Source: Thermoanaerobaculales bacterium (lineage in GTDB: Bacteria; Acidobacteriota; Thermoanaerobaculia; Thermoanaerobaculales; Sulfomarinibacteraceae). From it: 37,126 nt of DNA. Every line of letters begins with the position of its first letter. Position 1 is the first letter of the stretch. Below the pieces are notes generated by a model. The model was given only the letters and a program-made list of their open reading frames with translations. It had not been told where the DNA came from and searched no databases. The position numbers were made by a program, and so were the translations under genes. The stretch spans positions 1 to 37,126 of the forward strand of contig JALOKS010000001.1 of NCBI GenBank assembly GCA_025456385.1. The letters run 5' to 3'. Positions 1 to 9,634 of this stretch are shown in pieces.

Positions 1-180
1 GGCCACCGCCGCGAGCTCCTGGTCGGGATCGGCGGAGAGGATCGTCTGCAGGCTGAGCAGGTCCTCGCGGGACACGGGCAGCAGACCCTGGGCCGCGAAC
101 AGCCGCACCGGGCGCGGCACCTCGCCCTTGACGACTCCTTTGATGAGGTCGGCGGCTGACGTGAAGCGGGACTCAGTCAC
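1..180 (-). CDS. hypothetical protein, N-terminal fragment (gene continues past the window start)
   Basis: Open minus-strand frame from GTG at 180..178, overlapping the upstream rodZ-like stop by 8 nt. Translation: VTESRFTSAADLIKGVVKGEVPRPVRLFAAQGLLPVSREDLLSLQTILSADPDQELAAVA. GC-rich third positions match neighbouring genes. It is missing from the ORF track because no stop lies in the window. Confidence 0.35.
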   Translation of the reverse strand, partial: MTESRFTSAADLIKGVVKGEVPRPVRLFAAQGLLPVSREDLLSLQTILSADPDQELAAVA

Positions 181-991
181 CGGCGCGTCCCTGCCCCAGC
201 ACCACGAGCCCGTCCGCGCTCACCTCCGTGTGCACCACCTGTCCGGGACGGCCGAGGTCGGCGTAGACCCGACCGGCCACCTCCAGGGTCGCGGCCCCGG
301 CGTCGCCGATCGTGAGCTTGATCGGTCCGACGAGCACCATGCTCTCCTCGGCGCCTCCCGCGAGCAGCTTGCCCCCGGCGACCCCGTTGTGGTCCCGGTA
401 GTGGACCCAGCACTCGCTCTCCGGCCGCACGCGGATCGTGATCGCCACCTCCTCGGGGTCGAGCCTTTCCGTCTCGACGGCAACGACGGGCGACGGCGTC
501 GGCAGCCTCGGCACGGTCTCGACCGGCGACGGATCGCCGATCCGCCTGTCGGAGAGATCGCGCCCGGGGCCCGCGAAGCCCGTCTCGTGGAGGGAGGCCC
601 GCCAGATCACAAGGGCCGCCAGCAGGGCGATCACCGCCGCCGCGGCGACCGGTCCCCAGAACCGCCAGCGCACGGTCCGCACGAGGGGCGGTTCGTCGAC
701 GCTCAGGCTCGGAAAGGATCCGGAGGCGAGCAGAAACCTGTCCCACGCCGCGTCGAAGGCCTTCGCCATCCGCTTCGGATCGGCGCCAACGATCTCGGCG
801 TACTGGCTCACGAAGTTGCGGCAGAAAACCTTCTGTGGCAGGAAGCGGAAGTCGCCTGACTCGAGGCTGCGCAGGATCTGGCGCGAGATCTTGGTGCGAT
901 CGGCGATGTCCTCCACGCTGAGACCGGCCGCCTCGCGCATGCGCTGAAGTTCCTCACCAAAGGTCCTCGGGTGATTTGGAGGCCCCTCCAT
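173..991 (-). CDS. rodZ: RodZ-like cytoskeleton/HTH membrane protein
   Basis: Internal ATG (MEGPPNHPRTFGEELQRMRE...) of ORF 173..1336. XRE-type HTH (AAGLSVEDIADRTKISRQILRSLESGDF), one TM helix (WGPVAAAAVIALLAALVIW), and a C-terminal beta-rich DUF4115-like region (ITIRVRPESECWVHYRDHNG...LTIGDAGAATLEVAG). This is the RodZ architecture. Confidence 0.7.
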   Translation of the reverse strand: MEGPPNHPRTFGEELQRMREAAGLSVEDIADRTKISRQILRSLESGDFRFLPQKVFCRNFVSQYAEIVGADPKRMAKAFDAAWDRFLLASGSFPSLSVDEPPLVRTVRWRFWGPVAAAAVIALLAALVIWRASLHETGFAGPGRDLSDRRIGDPSPVETVPRLPTPSPVVAVETERLDPEEVAITIRVRPESECWVHYRDHNGVAGGKLLAGGAEESMVLVGPIKLTIGDAGAATLEVAGRVYADLGRPGQVVHTEVSADGLVVLGQGRAGD

Positions 992-1730
992 CGCCACTCT
1001 CACTGCCGGAGTGTAACACCCTTCGCAGGCCCAGAGCCTCCCGTGCGAGCAGGGCGCGGGCTGCTGCCCGGACGCCGTCCGCGAGGGCCGGGCGATCCAG
1101 GAGCTGACGCAGCTCGCCGCCCGGCAGCTCGACGAGCAGGGACAGCGCCAGCGGAAGTGGCGTCGACGGCGACTCCACGATCGCGCGCCGGATGGCCCGG
1201 TAGCGCCCCCAACGGTGATGGCGGGCGAGCTCGGTGAGGAACTCGGGCGGCGCTGCCCGGGTGTTGACGATGACCAGGATGTCGTTCTCCACCATCCGGG
1301 GGTTGTTGAGCAGAGCGAGGAGCACCTGCAGGTCACCGCACACGGTCAGATCGCGAAAGAGCGCACGGTGCGCCCGGCGCGCGAGTGCGATCTTCTCGCC
1401 CAAGGTCATCGTCGGCAGCTGCGCGAGCAACCGCCTTTCGGCATGGCGCCGCACCATGGGCTGCGAGCGTGGCGCCTGCGCCACGCCGAGGAGGGAGACC
1501 CAGGGCAGGGTCGCCATGAGGTCGACGGCGCGCGGGAAGCTGAAGCCAGGAAAGCCTGCGAGGAGCTCACGCACGCCGTGCAGGGAGAGCACGCGCCGGT
1601 TGGCGGCGATGAGGTTGGCGATCTGCGGCGTGCAGAAGGGGCTGCGCAGAACCTGCAGCGCCCCGACCTCGTCGAGACCGCCGCCGGTGACGAGCTCGAG
1701 AAGCTCGCGCGAGTCGAGGTCCGCAATCAC
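954..1730 (-). CDS. hypothetical helical-repeat protein
   Basis: C-terminal 258 codons of ORF 954..2579; the upstream part of that ORF overlaps prsW in another frame. GTG start at 1730 is preceded by GGGGGCTGAGG. Leu/Ala/Arg-rich helical sequence (LGEKIALARRAHRALFRDL...LLALLNNPRMVENDILVIVN). No family recognised. Confidence 0.5.
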   Translation of the reverse strand: MIADLDSRELLELVTGGGLDEVGALQVLRSPFCTPQIANLIAANRRVLSLHGVRELLAGFPGFSFPRAVDLMATLPWVSLLGVAQAPRSQPMVRRHAERRLLAQLPTMTLGEKIALARRAHRALFRDLTVCGDLQVLLALLNNPRMVENDILVIVNTRAAPPEFLTELARHHRWGRYRAIRRAIVESPSTPLPLALSLLVELPGGELRQLLDRPALADGVRAAARALLAREALGLRRVLHSGSESGDGGASKSPEDLW

Positions 1731-1834
1731 CTCAGCCCCCGAAGTCCATCGTACCTTCCGGTTCGGCGGGGCCGCGTCGGCCGAGGGCGATTCGACGAAG
1801 TTTTGACAATCGGCGGCGACCGCCGCGTGCGGCC

Positions 1835-2842
1835 TCAGTCCTCGGTGGACGGGCGTGGCGCGAGGATCTCCCGCACCCGCTGCCGCAGCCTGATCACCTC
1901 GAGCGACGCGATCGCCGCCTCCGAGGCCGGGAGGTGGCGCAACGCGTGCTTGCGGAAGGCGACCCGCGTCAGCAGGCGGGCGATGATCGCGCGCTCCCTG
2001 CGGACCGGCCACCAGTCGCCGCGGACACGACGGCGGTAGTAGGGCATGATGTCCACCACCCAGGGTGGCGCCAGACCGAGCTCGACCTCCTGCGCAAGCT
2101 GCCGCTTCAGGATCGAGTGCTCCGAGCGCAGGAAGAGGGCGAAGACGACCAGGTACGCGAGGTACACCGCGGGAACGATCACCAGCCAGGCGCGCAGCGC
2201 GCCGTCGGCGGTGAAGACGCCGGCGAGGACGAGCGCGCCGTTCCAGGCGCCGTGCATGGCCGTGGCCGCCACCAGCCCGAGGCAGGCCCAGGACGCGCGG
2301 ATCCACAGCCGCCGGGCCAGTACGGCGTGGCCCACGAGGCCGCCGAAGGTCGCGCTGCTGATCGCGTGGACGCCCGCCGAGAACAGGGTGCGCCCGATGG
2401 TCAGCAGCAGCAGCCCGCCGACCGTTGCCTCTCCGGCCGCGCCAGCCCCCATTCCGTACAGGGCATTCTCGGTGACGGCGAACCCGAGGCCCGCGGCCGT
2501 TCCGTACACCAGGCCGTCGGTGGGGTTGTCGAGGCTCCGCGCCAGAAGCACCACCAGAACCACGCCCAGCGCCTTGCACAGCTCCTCGACCAGCGGGCCC
2601 GCCACGGCGGTCGAGAACAGGCCCGGCAAGGCCGTGGTCAGGCCCTGGCGCTCGAGCCCGGTGAGGGCCAGAACGGCCAGCGTCGGCGCGGCTGCAGCTC
2701 CCCAGAGGAAGACCGCGGCCACCAGGTGCAGTGGCTCCCGGTCGTAACGATCGATGAACCAGGTCAGACCGACGACCGCCAGCAGAATCGCCGCCGAGAC
2801 GAGCAGGCAGGCGAGCAGAACGACCGCGTCGCCGAGGATCAT
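1835..2842 (-). CDS. prsW: PrsW-family intramembrane metalloprotease
   Basis: Polytopic membrane protein with the PrsW signature motifs EELCK (EExxK), FAVTENALY (FxxxE) and HAISSATFG. Its start overlaps the ribF stop (ATGA). Confidence 0.75.
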   Translation of the reverse strand: MILGDAVVLLACLLVSAAILLAVVGLTWFIDRYDREPLHLVAAVFLWGAAAAPTLAVLALTGLERQGLTTALPGLFSTAVAGPLVEELCKALGVVLVVLLARSLDNPTDGLVYGTAAGLGFAVTENALYGMGAGAAGEATVGGLLLLTIGRTLFSAGVHAISSATFGGLVGHAVLARRLWIRASWACLGLVAATAMHGAWNGALVLAGVFTADGALRAWLVIVPAVYLAYLVVFALFLRSEHSILKRQLAQEVELGLAPPWVVDIMPYYRRRVRGDWWPVRRERAIIARLLTRVAFRKHALRHLPASEAAIASLEVIRLRQRVREILAPRPSTED

Positions 2843-3804
2843 GGGAGCACGAGCGCCAGGCCGCTCATCGGACGCGCTTCGAAAAAGGCGCGGGTCGCCT
2901 CGACGTCACGGGCGATCTGTGTCATCAGCTGCGTGGTCGAGGCGAAGGCGCGCTCGTCGCGCAGGCGCTCGAGAAAGTACAGGCGGACCCGCTCGCGATA
3001 GAGGTCGGCGGTGAAGTCCAGGAGGTGGCTCTCGACCGTGGTCATCGAGTTCTGGTAGACCGTCGGCCGCACACCGACGTTGGTCACCGCGCTGAAGGTC
3101 CGGGAGAAGGACGGGATGTGGACCGCGGTCACGTACACGCCGTGCCCCGGCTCGATCTCGTTCGTCACCTCGATGTTGAGGGTGGGGAAGCCGAGAGTCC
3201 GACCGAGACGCTTGCCCTCGAGCACTCGGCCGTCGACATAGAAGAAGCGGCCGAGGAGCTCGGAAACCTCTCCCATCCGACCGGTCGCCACCGCCTCCCG
3301 GACCCGGGTCGACGACACCACGCCGCCCGCGGCCTCGACGATCGGGGACGACGCCGCGCGAAAGCCGAGCTCGGCACCCATCTCCCTGAGGAGCTCGACG
3401 TCGCCCCCGCGATCAGCACCGAAGCGGAAGTTCTTGCCGATGTACACCTCGCTCACCGCAAGGCGCTGCACCAGCACCGCACGCACGAACTCGGCAGCGC
3501 TCATGCGGGCGAGGCGGTGGGTGAAGGGGGTCACCAGAGCGGTCTCGATGCCGGTGGCGGCGATGAGCTCGAGCCGCTGCTCGAGCGTGGTCAGCAGCGG
3601 CGGCGCCTCGGAAGGTCGCAGCAGCTTCACCGGGTGCGGATCGAAGGTCATCGCCACCGACGGGGCGCCGAGGCCGCGCGCCTTCGTCGCCACGTGAGTC
3701 AGAACGGCCTGGTGGCCGAGGTGGACGCCGTCGAAGTTGCCGATGCTGAGGACCGAGCCGCGGGGCGGGTCGTCGTTGCCGAGCGGATCACGGAGGATCT
3801 CCAT
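2839..3804 (-). CDS. ribF: bifunctional riboflavin kinase / FAD synthetase
   Basis: N-terminus SIGNFDGVHLGHQAV (FMN adenylyltransferase nucleotidyl-transferase motif). C-terminal riboflavin kinase region GRTLGFPTLN...GVY. Full-length at 321 aa. Confidence 0.9.
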   Translation of the reverse strand: MEILRDPLGNDDPPRGSVLSIGNFDGVHLGHQAVLTHVATKARGLGAPSVAMTFDPHPVKLLRPSEAPPLLTTLEQRLELIAATGIETALVTPFTHRLARMSAAEFVRAVLVQRLAVSEVYIGKNFRFGADRGGDVELLREMGAELGFRAASSPIVEAAGGVVSSTRVREAVATGRMGEVSELLGRFFYVDGRVLEGKRLGRTLGFPTLNIEVTNEIEPGHGVYVTAVHIPSFSRTFSAVTNVGVRPTVYQNSMTTVESHLLDFTADLYRERVRLYFLERLRDERAFASTTQLMTQIARDVEATRAFFEARPMSGLALVLP

Positions 3805-3813
3805 CCCCGGCCC

Positions 3814-5226
3814 TCAGCCGACCACCGGCAGCCGCACCGCCGGCGCCGTGCCGCTGCGGAGCACCCGGACGACGCCGCCCACGAGGTCGTAGGGGTGGGC
3901 GTCGCTGATCTCCACCTCGACGATCGACCCCGGAGCCGGCGAGCCGTCGTTGATCAGCAGCCGGCCGTCGATCTCCGGCGCCTGGCGACGCAGCCGCCCC
4001 TCGAGCAGAAGGTCCATCTCCGCGAGCGGCCCGGCGACGAGAGCCTCCTGCGTCGTGCCGATGAGCCTGCGGTTGTGGGCGAGGGCGATGTCCTGCTGGA
4101 GGGCGAGCAGGGTGTCGCGCCGGCGCAGCTTCTCCTCCTCGTCGACCGGGTCGCCGAGCGCGGCGCCGGGGTTCTCCTCCTGCCAGGAGTAGGTGAACGC
4201 GCCGAGATGGTCGAAGCGGAGCTCGCGCACGAAGTCCAGCAGCTCCTCGAACTCAGCCTCCCCCTCACCCGGGAAGCCGACGATGAAGGTGGTCCGCACG
4301 GCGAGACCGGAAACCTCCGCCCGAGCCCGCTCGATGAGGGTGCGGTAGCTGCGCGCGTCCCCTCCCCTCTTCATCGCCTTGAGAACCTTGCGGCTCGCGT
4401 GCTGCAGGGGAATGTCGAGGTAGGCCAGGAATCGCGGTTCCTCGGCCATGAGCCGGAACAGACCCTCGTCGAGGGTCGCGGGATAGGCGTAGAGAAACCT
4501 GATCCATGGAATCGTCGTGCGCTCGAGGAGCTCGCCGACCAGGGTGCGCAGGCCCTTCTCGAGGCCGAGGTCCTCTCCGTACCGGGTCGTGTCCTGGGCC
4601 ACGAGGACGAGCTCCTGGACGCCGCCGGCCGCAAGGGCGTTCGCCTCGCGCACCAGGTCGTCGAGCGGGCGCGAGCGGAAGGACCCCCGCATCGCGGGGA
4701 TGTGGCAGAAGGCGCAGGGATTGTCGCAGCCCTCGGCGACCTTGAGGTAGGCGTAGGCGCCGGTGGAGAGGACGCGCGGGCTGTGATGGTCGTAGACCCT
4801 GAGGGCGCCGCGCTGATCCGGCACGTGCCCGGCAAGCTCGCCGCGCACCGCCTCGGTGATGCGCTCGAGCTCATCGAGGCCGACGAACGCGTCGATCTCC
4901 GGAATCTCGCGCTTGAGGTCGCGGGCGTAGGCCTGGGCCATGCAGCCGGCCACCACCAGCCTGCGGACTCTCCCCTCCCCCTTCGCGCGAGCCACCTCGA
5001 GGATGGCCTCGATCGACTCGCGCTTCGCGTCGTCGATGAAACCGCAGGTGTTGACGACCACCACGTCGGCCGCGGTCGGGTCGGCGGTGAGTGCGACCCG
5101 AGCCTGCTGCAGGTAGCCCAGCATGAGCTCGCCGTCGACCAGGTTTTTGGCGCAGCCGAGGCTGATCATCCCCACCCGCACGGGCGGCGAAGGCGCTCCA
5201 GCCCCCCCTCGATCGACCTTGGACAC
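3814..5226 (-). CDS. rimO: ribosomal protein S12 methylthiotransferase RimO
   Basis: UPF0004 N-domain (MISLGCAKNLVDGE...VVVVNTCGFI), radical-SAM CxxxCxxC (EGCDNPCAFCHIP), and a C-terminal TRAM domain. GTG start at 5226 is preceded by GGAGGAG. The 904-aa ORF in the track is an artefactual upstream extension. Confidence 0.9.
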   Translation of the reverse strand: MSKVDRGGAGAPSPPVRVGMISLGCAKNLVDGELMLGYLQQARVALTADPTAADVVVVNTCGFIDDAKRESIEAILEVARAKGEGRVRRLVVAGCMAQAYARDLKREIPEIDAFVGLDELERITEAVRGELAGHVPDQRGALRVYDHHSPRVLSTGAYAYLKVAEGCDNPCAFCHIPAMRGSFRSRPLDDLVREANALAAGGVQELVLVAQDTTRYGEDLGLEKGLRTLVGELLERTTIPWIRFLYAYPATLDEGLFRLMAEEPRFLAYLDIPLQHASRKVLKAMKRGGDARSYRTLIERARAEVSGLAVRTTFIVGFPGEGEAEFEELLDFVRELRFDHLGAFTYSWQEENPGAALGDPVDEEEKLRRRDTLLALQQDIALAHNRRLIGTTQEALVAGPLAEMDLLLEGRLRRQAPEIDGRLLINDGSPAPGSIVEVEISDAHPYDLVGGVVRVLRSGTAPAVRLPVVG

Positions 5227-5249
5227 CAGGCTCCTCCGGCCGGGGGATT

Positions 5250-6383
5250 CTATCCGATCCCCACCGCAGCGAGGTGCTCGGCGACCGCCCGTGCCGCCGC
5301 CCGCGACGCGCCCGGCGGGCCCAGCCTGTCGCGGACCCGCGCCAGACCCCGGCGCTGCGCCTCGCCCTCCGTGCCGAGCAGGCGATGGGTGGCGGCAGCC
5401 AGGCGCTGCGGCGCGAAGTGCCCCTGCAGCAGCTCGGGGACGAGCCCCTGCTCGGCGATCAGGTTGACGAGCGCGACGTGCGGCACCCGCACCAGCAGCC
5501 TGGCGAGCGCGAACGAGAGTCCGCGGAGCCGGTAGCCGACGACCATCGGCACGTCGAGCAGCGCGCACTCGAGGGTGGCCGTGCCGGAGGCCGTCCACGC
5601 CAGCTGCGAGCGTGCGAGCTCCTCGCGCCGCACCGCTCCCGCCACCCGACGCAGCCGCGGGTCGGGCTCGCTCGCAGCGAGCACGGCGTCGATCGGGGCC
5701 GCGACGCCCGGCGCCTCCACCAGCACCGCCTCGCTCACCAGACCGGGGTCGATCGAGGCGAGGGTGCGCAGCATCACGGGCAGCAGCTGCCTGACCTCCA
5801 TCGCGCGCGATCCAGGCAGGAGAGCGAGGCGCTGCGGGACCCGCTGCGGTCGCGCGCCGAGAAGGCCGACCCTCGCGATCTCGTCGACGAGGGGATGTCC
5901 GACGTAGCGCGCTGCGACGCCGTGAGCGGCGTAGAACGGGACCTCGAAGGGCAGCAGGCACAGCACCTCGCGGGCGAGGCGGGCGACGGTCCGCACCCTC
6001 CCCTTCCGCCACGCCCAGAGCTGAGGCGAGACGTAGAGGACCACCTCGACGCCGAGGTTCCGCAGCCGCTCGGCGAGGCGCAGGTTGAAGTCGGGCGAGT
6101 CGACGAGAACCGCCAGGCCGGGGCGGCGCCGCGCCGCCTCCGCCACCAGCGCGTCCATCAGGCGCCGGATCCGGGGCAGCTCGCGCAGCACCTCGACCAG
6201 GCCCATGTGGGCAAGCTCGTCGACGCCGGCCACGGCCTCGAGACCGGCCTCGACCAAGCGCTCGCCGCCGACCCCGAAGGCCTCGAGTGCCGGCTCGAGC
6301 GCGCGCAGCTCCGCCAGCATGTTCCCGGCGTGGGTGTCTCCCGACACCTCGCCGGCGACGATCATCAGCCGCTGCGTGGCCAC
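5250..6383 (-). CDS. lpxB: lipid-A-disaccharide synthase
   Basis: N-terminus MIVAGEVSGDTHAG, DSPDFNL and YVSPQLWAWR motifs typical of LpxB. Length 377 aa. Confidence 0.9.
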   Translation of the reverse strand: MATQRLMIVAGEVSGDTHAGNMLAELRALEPALEAFGVGGERLVEAGLEAVAGVDELAHMGLVEVLRELPRIRRLMDALVAEAARRRPGLAVLVDSPDFNLRLAERLRNLGVEVVLYVSPQLWAWRKGRVRTVARLAREVLCLLPFEVPFYAAHGVAARYVGHPLVDEIARVGLLGARPQRVPQRLALLPGSRAMEVRQLLPVMLRTLASIDPGLVSEAVLVEAPGVAAPIDAVLAASEPDPRLRRVAGAVRREELARSQLAWTASGTATLECALLDVPMVVGYRLRGLSFALARLLVRVPHVALVNLIAEQGLVPELLQGHFAPQRLAAATHRLLGTEGEAQRRGLARVRDRLGPPGASRAAARAVAEHLAAVGIG

Positions 6384-6422
6384 GCGTCCGGGCTTCCGGC
6401 GGGGGTCGCCATGCAGCTCCGG

Positions 6423-6590
6423 TCAGGGAAAGGGGAACATCAGCCACCCGAGCAGGGTGCTGCCGACGCTCATGACGAGAAATGTCTTGAGAAACAGGCG
6501 CCGGCGACCCTCGGCCGTCGAACGCCACAGGAAGGCGAAGAACACCGACACCAGCAGAGCGTGCCAGAGCATCAGGAAGAGGTGGTCCAT
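6423..6590 (-). CDS. small hypothetical membrane protein (55 aa)
   Basis: MDHLFLMLWHALLVSVFFAFLW...FLVMSVGSTLLGWLMFPFP gives two predicted TM helices. The ATG lies 1 nt after the stop of the upstream gene. Confidence 0.4.
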   Translation of the reverse strand: MDHLFLMLWHALLVSVFFAFLWRSTAEGRRRLFLKTFLVMSVGSTLLGWLMFPFP

Positions 6591-6591
6591 G

Positions 6592-7038
6592 TCAGCTCTT
6601 CTCGCCGCGCGCAATGTCGGCCACATCGAGCACCAGCAGCAGGTTCATGAGCCCGGCGGTATAGAGGAAGGTGTTGCCGTAGGCGAAGCCGGCAACTGTG
6701 GGATCTCCGCCGCCGCTCAGCCCGAACGGTATGCCGCCGAGGGCTCCGCCCAGCCCGTTGAGCCACACCATGCGCACCAGGTAGAGCACCCCGTTGCCGA
6801 GGCAGGCGAAGGTCGCGAGCCACGAAAAAGGGTGCCCGGGCTTCGGCGTGCCCAGCTCGCCCCCGAGCAGCACCCCGGTGACGAAGGAGGCGACGACCAC
6901 GACAACGAAGACCGCCGCCCGCAGCCGCTTGCCGAGGAGCCAGTGACCGAGGCCCGGCACCAGCCACGCGGCCGCCAGCAGCAGACGCGACACCCGCTTC
7001 CGCGGCACGGCCTCGGCGCGAGGCTCCTGCGCGCTCAC
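6592..7038 (-). CDS. hypothetical integral membrane protein
   Basis: GTG at 7038 overlaps the HIT gene stop (GTGA). Hydrophobic segments: LLLAAAWLVPGLGHWLLGKR, AAVFVVVVVASFVTGVLLGG, LATFACLGNGVLYLV, FLYTAGLMNLLLVL. Confidence 0.5.
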   Translation of the reverse strand: MSAQEPRAEAVPRKRVSRLLLAAAWLVPGLGHWLLGKRLRAAVFVVVVVASFVTGVLLGGELGTPKPGHPFSWLATFACLGNGVLYLVRMVWLNGLGGALGGIPFGLSGGGDPTVAGFAYGNTFLYTAGLMNLLLVLDVADIARGEKS

Positions 7039-7544
7039 GGACCCTCTCCTCGAATTCCGGCCAGCGCGCCCAGCATCCTCTCGTGGGTGACCTGCAGGTC
7101 CTCCGGGATCACGCGCGTGCCGCCGACGACCGTCATCATGTTGGCGTCGCCCCGCCACCTCGGCACAACGTGCAGGTGGAGGTGCTCCTCGATCCCGGCG
7201 CCCGCCGCCTCGCCGACGTTGAAACCGACGTTGAAGCCATGCGGCCGGTAGATCTCCCGCAGGGCCGTCATGATGTGCCGCGTGGTCGCCATCATCTCGG
7301 TGAGCGCCTCCACGCTCACCTCGCCGAGGTCGCTCGCGTGCCGGATCGGCGCCACCATCGCGTGACCGGTGGTGTAGGGGTAGAGGTTGAGAAGGGCGAA
7401 GCTGTGCTCTCCCCGGCAGAGCGTGAGGGTGTCCCTGTCATCTGTCGAGGTGAAGGCCGCGCAGAAGATGCACCGGTCGCGGTCGCGACCGTCGGCCGAG
7501 GCGACATACGCAAGCCGCCAGGGAGCGTAGAGAATGCCTGCCAC
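7035..7544 (-). CDS. HIT (histidine triad) family nucleotide hydrolase/transferase
   Basis: Histidine triad motif EEHLHLHVVPRW and the typical LLNLYPYTTGH core. Confidence 0.85.
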   Translation of the reverse strand: MAGILYAPWRLAYVASADGRDRDRCIFCAAFTSTDDRDTLTLCRGEHSFALLNLYPYTTGHAMVAPIRHASDLGEVSVEALTEMMATTRHIMTALREIYRPHGFNVGFNVGEAAGAGIEEHLHLHVVPRWRGDANMMTVVGGTRVIPEDLQVTHERMLGALAGIRGEGP

Positions 7545-7550
7545 CGCCGC

Positions 7551-7835
7551 TCACTGCTGCAGGAGCTCTTCCCTGAGGTGCTTGCCCGGCTTGAAGTAGG
7601 GGATCTTCTTCGGTGGCACGTGCACCTGGTCGCCGGTCTTCGGGTTGCGTCCGGTGCGCTCCCCCCGCTGGCGGATGCGGAAGGAGCCGAAGCCGCGCAG
7701 CTCGACCTTCTCGTTCTGCCGGAGGGCCGAGATGATGCTGTCGAAGATCACCTGCACGACCTCGTCAGCCTGCTTGCGCGGGACGTCCGCTGCTTCCGCG
7801 ACCGTGTCCACCAGGTCCGCTTTCGTCATCGTCAT
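7551..7835 (-). CDS. HU/IHF-family DNA-binding protein (IHF-like)
   Basis: MTMTKADLVDTVAE...VELRGFGSFRIRQRGERTGRNPKTGDQVHVPPKKIPYFKPGK is the canonical IHF/HU fold signature. AAGGAG lies 8 nt upstream of the ATG at 7835. Confidence 0.85.
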   Translation of the reverse strand: MTMTKADLVDTVAEAADVPRKQADEVVQVIFDSIISALRQNEKVELRGFGSFRIRQRGERTGRNPKTGDQVHVPPKKIPYFKPGKHLREELLQQ

Positions 7836-7876
7836 CGCCGGTGCTCCTTGGTCTCGCCCTCTGCCCTGCAACGCGC

Positions 7877-9634
7877 TCAGGCTCCGTCCTCAGCGTCCTC
7901 GCCCGCGGGCGCCGGGTCCTGCGCCGCCGCCCCTTCCCCGTCGGCAGCGCCTTCGGCGTCCGTGCCGCCATCCTCGACCACGCCGCCCGCCCGCAGCGCC
8001 GCGGCCATCGCGGTCTCGCCTCCGCCCGGGCGTGCCGAGCTCGTCAGCGCCTCGACCGCGCCGTCCTGGTCGATACCGTGCATCGACAGACCGATGCGGC
8101 TCTCGTGCCAGTCGATGCGCAGGATGCGGCACTGCACAGCCTGACCCGTGCTGAACATCTCCGCCAGCGCCAGGCCCTCGTCGCGGTCGATCTCCGAGAT
8201 GTGGCACAGCCCTTCGACCCCGGGTGCGAGCTCGACGAAAACGCCGAAGTCGGTGATGTTGGTGACCGAGCCGGCCACCACGTCGCCGACCCCGTGGGTG
8301 TTGGCGTACTCCTCCCACTCGTTGGGAAGGAGCTCCTTCATCGACAACGAGATGCGTTGGTTGTAGGAGTCGATCGAGGTGATGACCGCCTCGACCTCGT
8401 CGCCCTTCTGCACGACCTCGCTCGGGTGGTTGATGCGCCGCGTCCAGGACATGTCGGAGATGTGCACGAGGCCGTCGACTCCGGGCACGATCTCGACAAA
8501 GGCACCGAAGTCCGTCAGGTTGCGGACCACCCCTTTGATCGTGGTGCCGACGGCGTACGACTCGGCGACCTGCTCCCAGGGGTTGGTCTGGGTGGCGCGC
8601 AGCGACAGCGACAGGCGGCGCTTGTCGACGTCCACCTCCGATACGACGACCTCGACCTCCTGGCCGATGTCGACGATCGAGCGCGGGTTCTTGACCTTCT
8701 TCGTCCAGGACATCTCGCTGACGTGGATCAGCCCCTCCACGCCCTCTTCCAGCACGACGAAGGCGCCGTAGTCGACGATGCTCACGACCTTGCCGGAGAC
8801 CCTCTTCCCCATCGGGTACTTCTCGGGAACCAGGATCCAGGGGTCCTCGAAGCGCTGCTTGTAGCCCAGGGACACGCGTTCGCGCTCGCGGTCGAAGCGA
8901 AGCACCACCACGTCGACCTCGTCGCCGACCTTGAAGTACTCCGAGGGGTGCCCCACGCGGCCCCACGAGATGTCGGTGATGTGGAGGAGACCGTCGAGGC
9001 CGCCGAGGTCGACGAAGACACCGTAGTCGGTGATGTTCTTCACCACCCCGTTGACCAGCTTGCCCTCCTCGAGCCCTTCCATGGTCTCGGCCTTGACCTT
9101 GCCCTGACGCTCCTCGAGGATCGCCTTGCGCGAGAGCACGACGTTGGAGCGGCGGCGGTCGAAGGAGATGATGCGCGCCTCGATCTCCTGCTCGAGGTAG
9201 TCCTCGAGGCGGCGGTTGGGCAACAGGTCGACCAAGGAGCCCGGCAGGAACGCCCGCACTCCGATGTCGACCGACAGGCCGCCCTTGACCCGGTCGAGCA
9301 CCTTGCCCTTGACCGCGGCACCGCTCTTGTAGGCGTCCTCGATGTGCCGCCAGGTCTTGAGCTTGGCCGCGCGGTCGCGGGACAGGCGAACCCTGCCCTC
9401 GCTCTCGTCGAGGCGCTCGACGAAGACCTCGACCTCGTCGTCGACCTCCACCTCGACCCGGTTGGTGTCGGGATCCGTGAACTCGGCGACCGGCACGCTG
9501 CCCTCGCACTTGAAGCCGATGTCAACGAGCACCTCGTCCGCGGTCACGGCGACAACCGTGCCGCGCACGACCTCGCCCTCTCTGAGAGACTGCAGCGAGG
9601 TCTCCATGAGCTGCTCCATGGAAAGCTCGTTCAT
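7877..9634 (-). CDS. rpsA: 30S ribosomal protein S1
   Basis: Six repeated S1 domains (G.VV.G.V...T.FG.FV.L..G..GL.HIS). ATG at 9634 is preceded by AAAGGGGGG. Acidic C-terminal tail. Confidence 0.9.
   Translation of the reverse strand: MNELSMEQLMETSLQSLREGEVVRGTVVAVTADEVLVDIGFKCEGSVPVAEFTDPDTNRVEVEVDDEVEVFVERLDESEGRVRLSRDRAAKLKTWRHIEDAYKSGAAVKGKVLDRVKGGLSVDIGVRAFLPGSLVDLLPNRRLEDYLEQEIEARIISFDRRRSNVVLSRKAILEERQGKVKAETMEGLEEGKLVNGVVKNITDYGVFVDLGGLDGLLHITDISWGRVGHPSEYFKVGDEVDVVVLRFDRERERVSLGYKQRFEDPWILVPEKYPMGKRVSGKVVSIVDYGAFVVLEEGVEGLIHVSEMSWTKKVKNPRSIVDIGQEVEVVVSEVDVDKRRLSLSLRATQTNPWEQVAESYAVGTTIKGVVRNLTDFGAFVEIVPGVDGLVHISDMSWTRRINHPSEVVQKGDEVEAVITSIDSYNQRISLSMKELLPNEWEEYANTHGVGDVVAGSVTNITDFGVFVELAPGVEGLCHISEIDRDEGLALAEMFSTGQAVQCRILRIDWHESRIGLSMHGIDQDGAVEALTSSARPGGGETAMAAALRAGGVVEDGGTDAEGAADGEGAAAQDPAPAGEDAEDGA

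Noticed and set aside
3025-5535. Very long + strand ORFs antisense to real genes: 3025..5535 (836 aa), 7841..10012 (723 aa), 14325..16355 (676 aa), 16319..18373 (684 aa), 24966..26684 (572 aa) and 30070..32172 (700 aa).
   Set aside because: Their translations are low-complexity and Arg/Ala/Gly/Pro-rich with no recognisable motifs. Each lies opposite a gene with clear family signatures. Stop-codon depletion in very GC-rich DNA produces such shadow ORFs.
3814-6528. Oversized minus-strand ORFs in the track: 3814..6528, 954..2579, 12533..14251, 14298..16808, 16352..18334, 22595..24454, 23869..25053, 25818..27056, 28053..29762 and 32572..34083.
   Set aside because: Only the C-terminal portions carry family motifs. 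The N-terminal extensions are Arg/Pro/Gly junk that overlaps the upstream gene in another frame. Internal starts with SD sequences or GTGA/ATGA coupling were used instead.
6561-6566. Other TGGCAC hits as sigma54 promoters: minus strand at 6561..6566, + strand near 8202 and + strand near 25742.
   Set aside because: The -12 element is wrong (CTGC, TTCG and ATGG instead of TTGC at the required spacing). All lie inside or antisense to coding sequence, with no downstream transcription unit.
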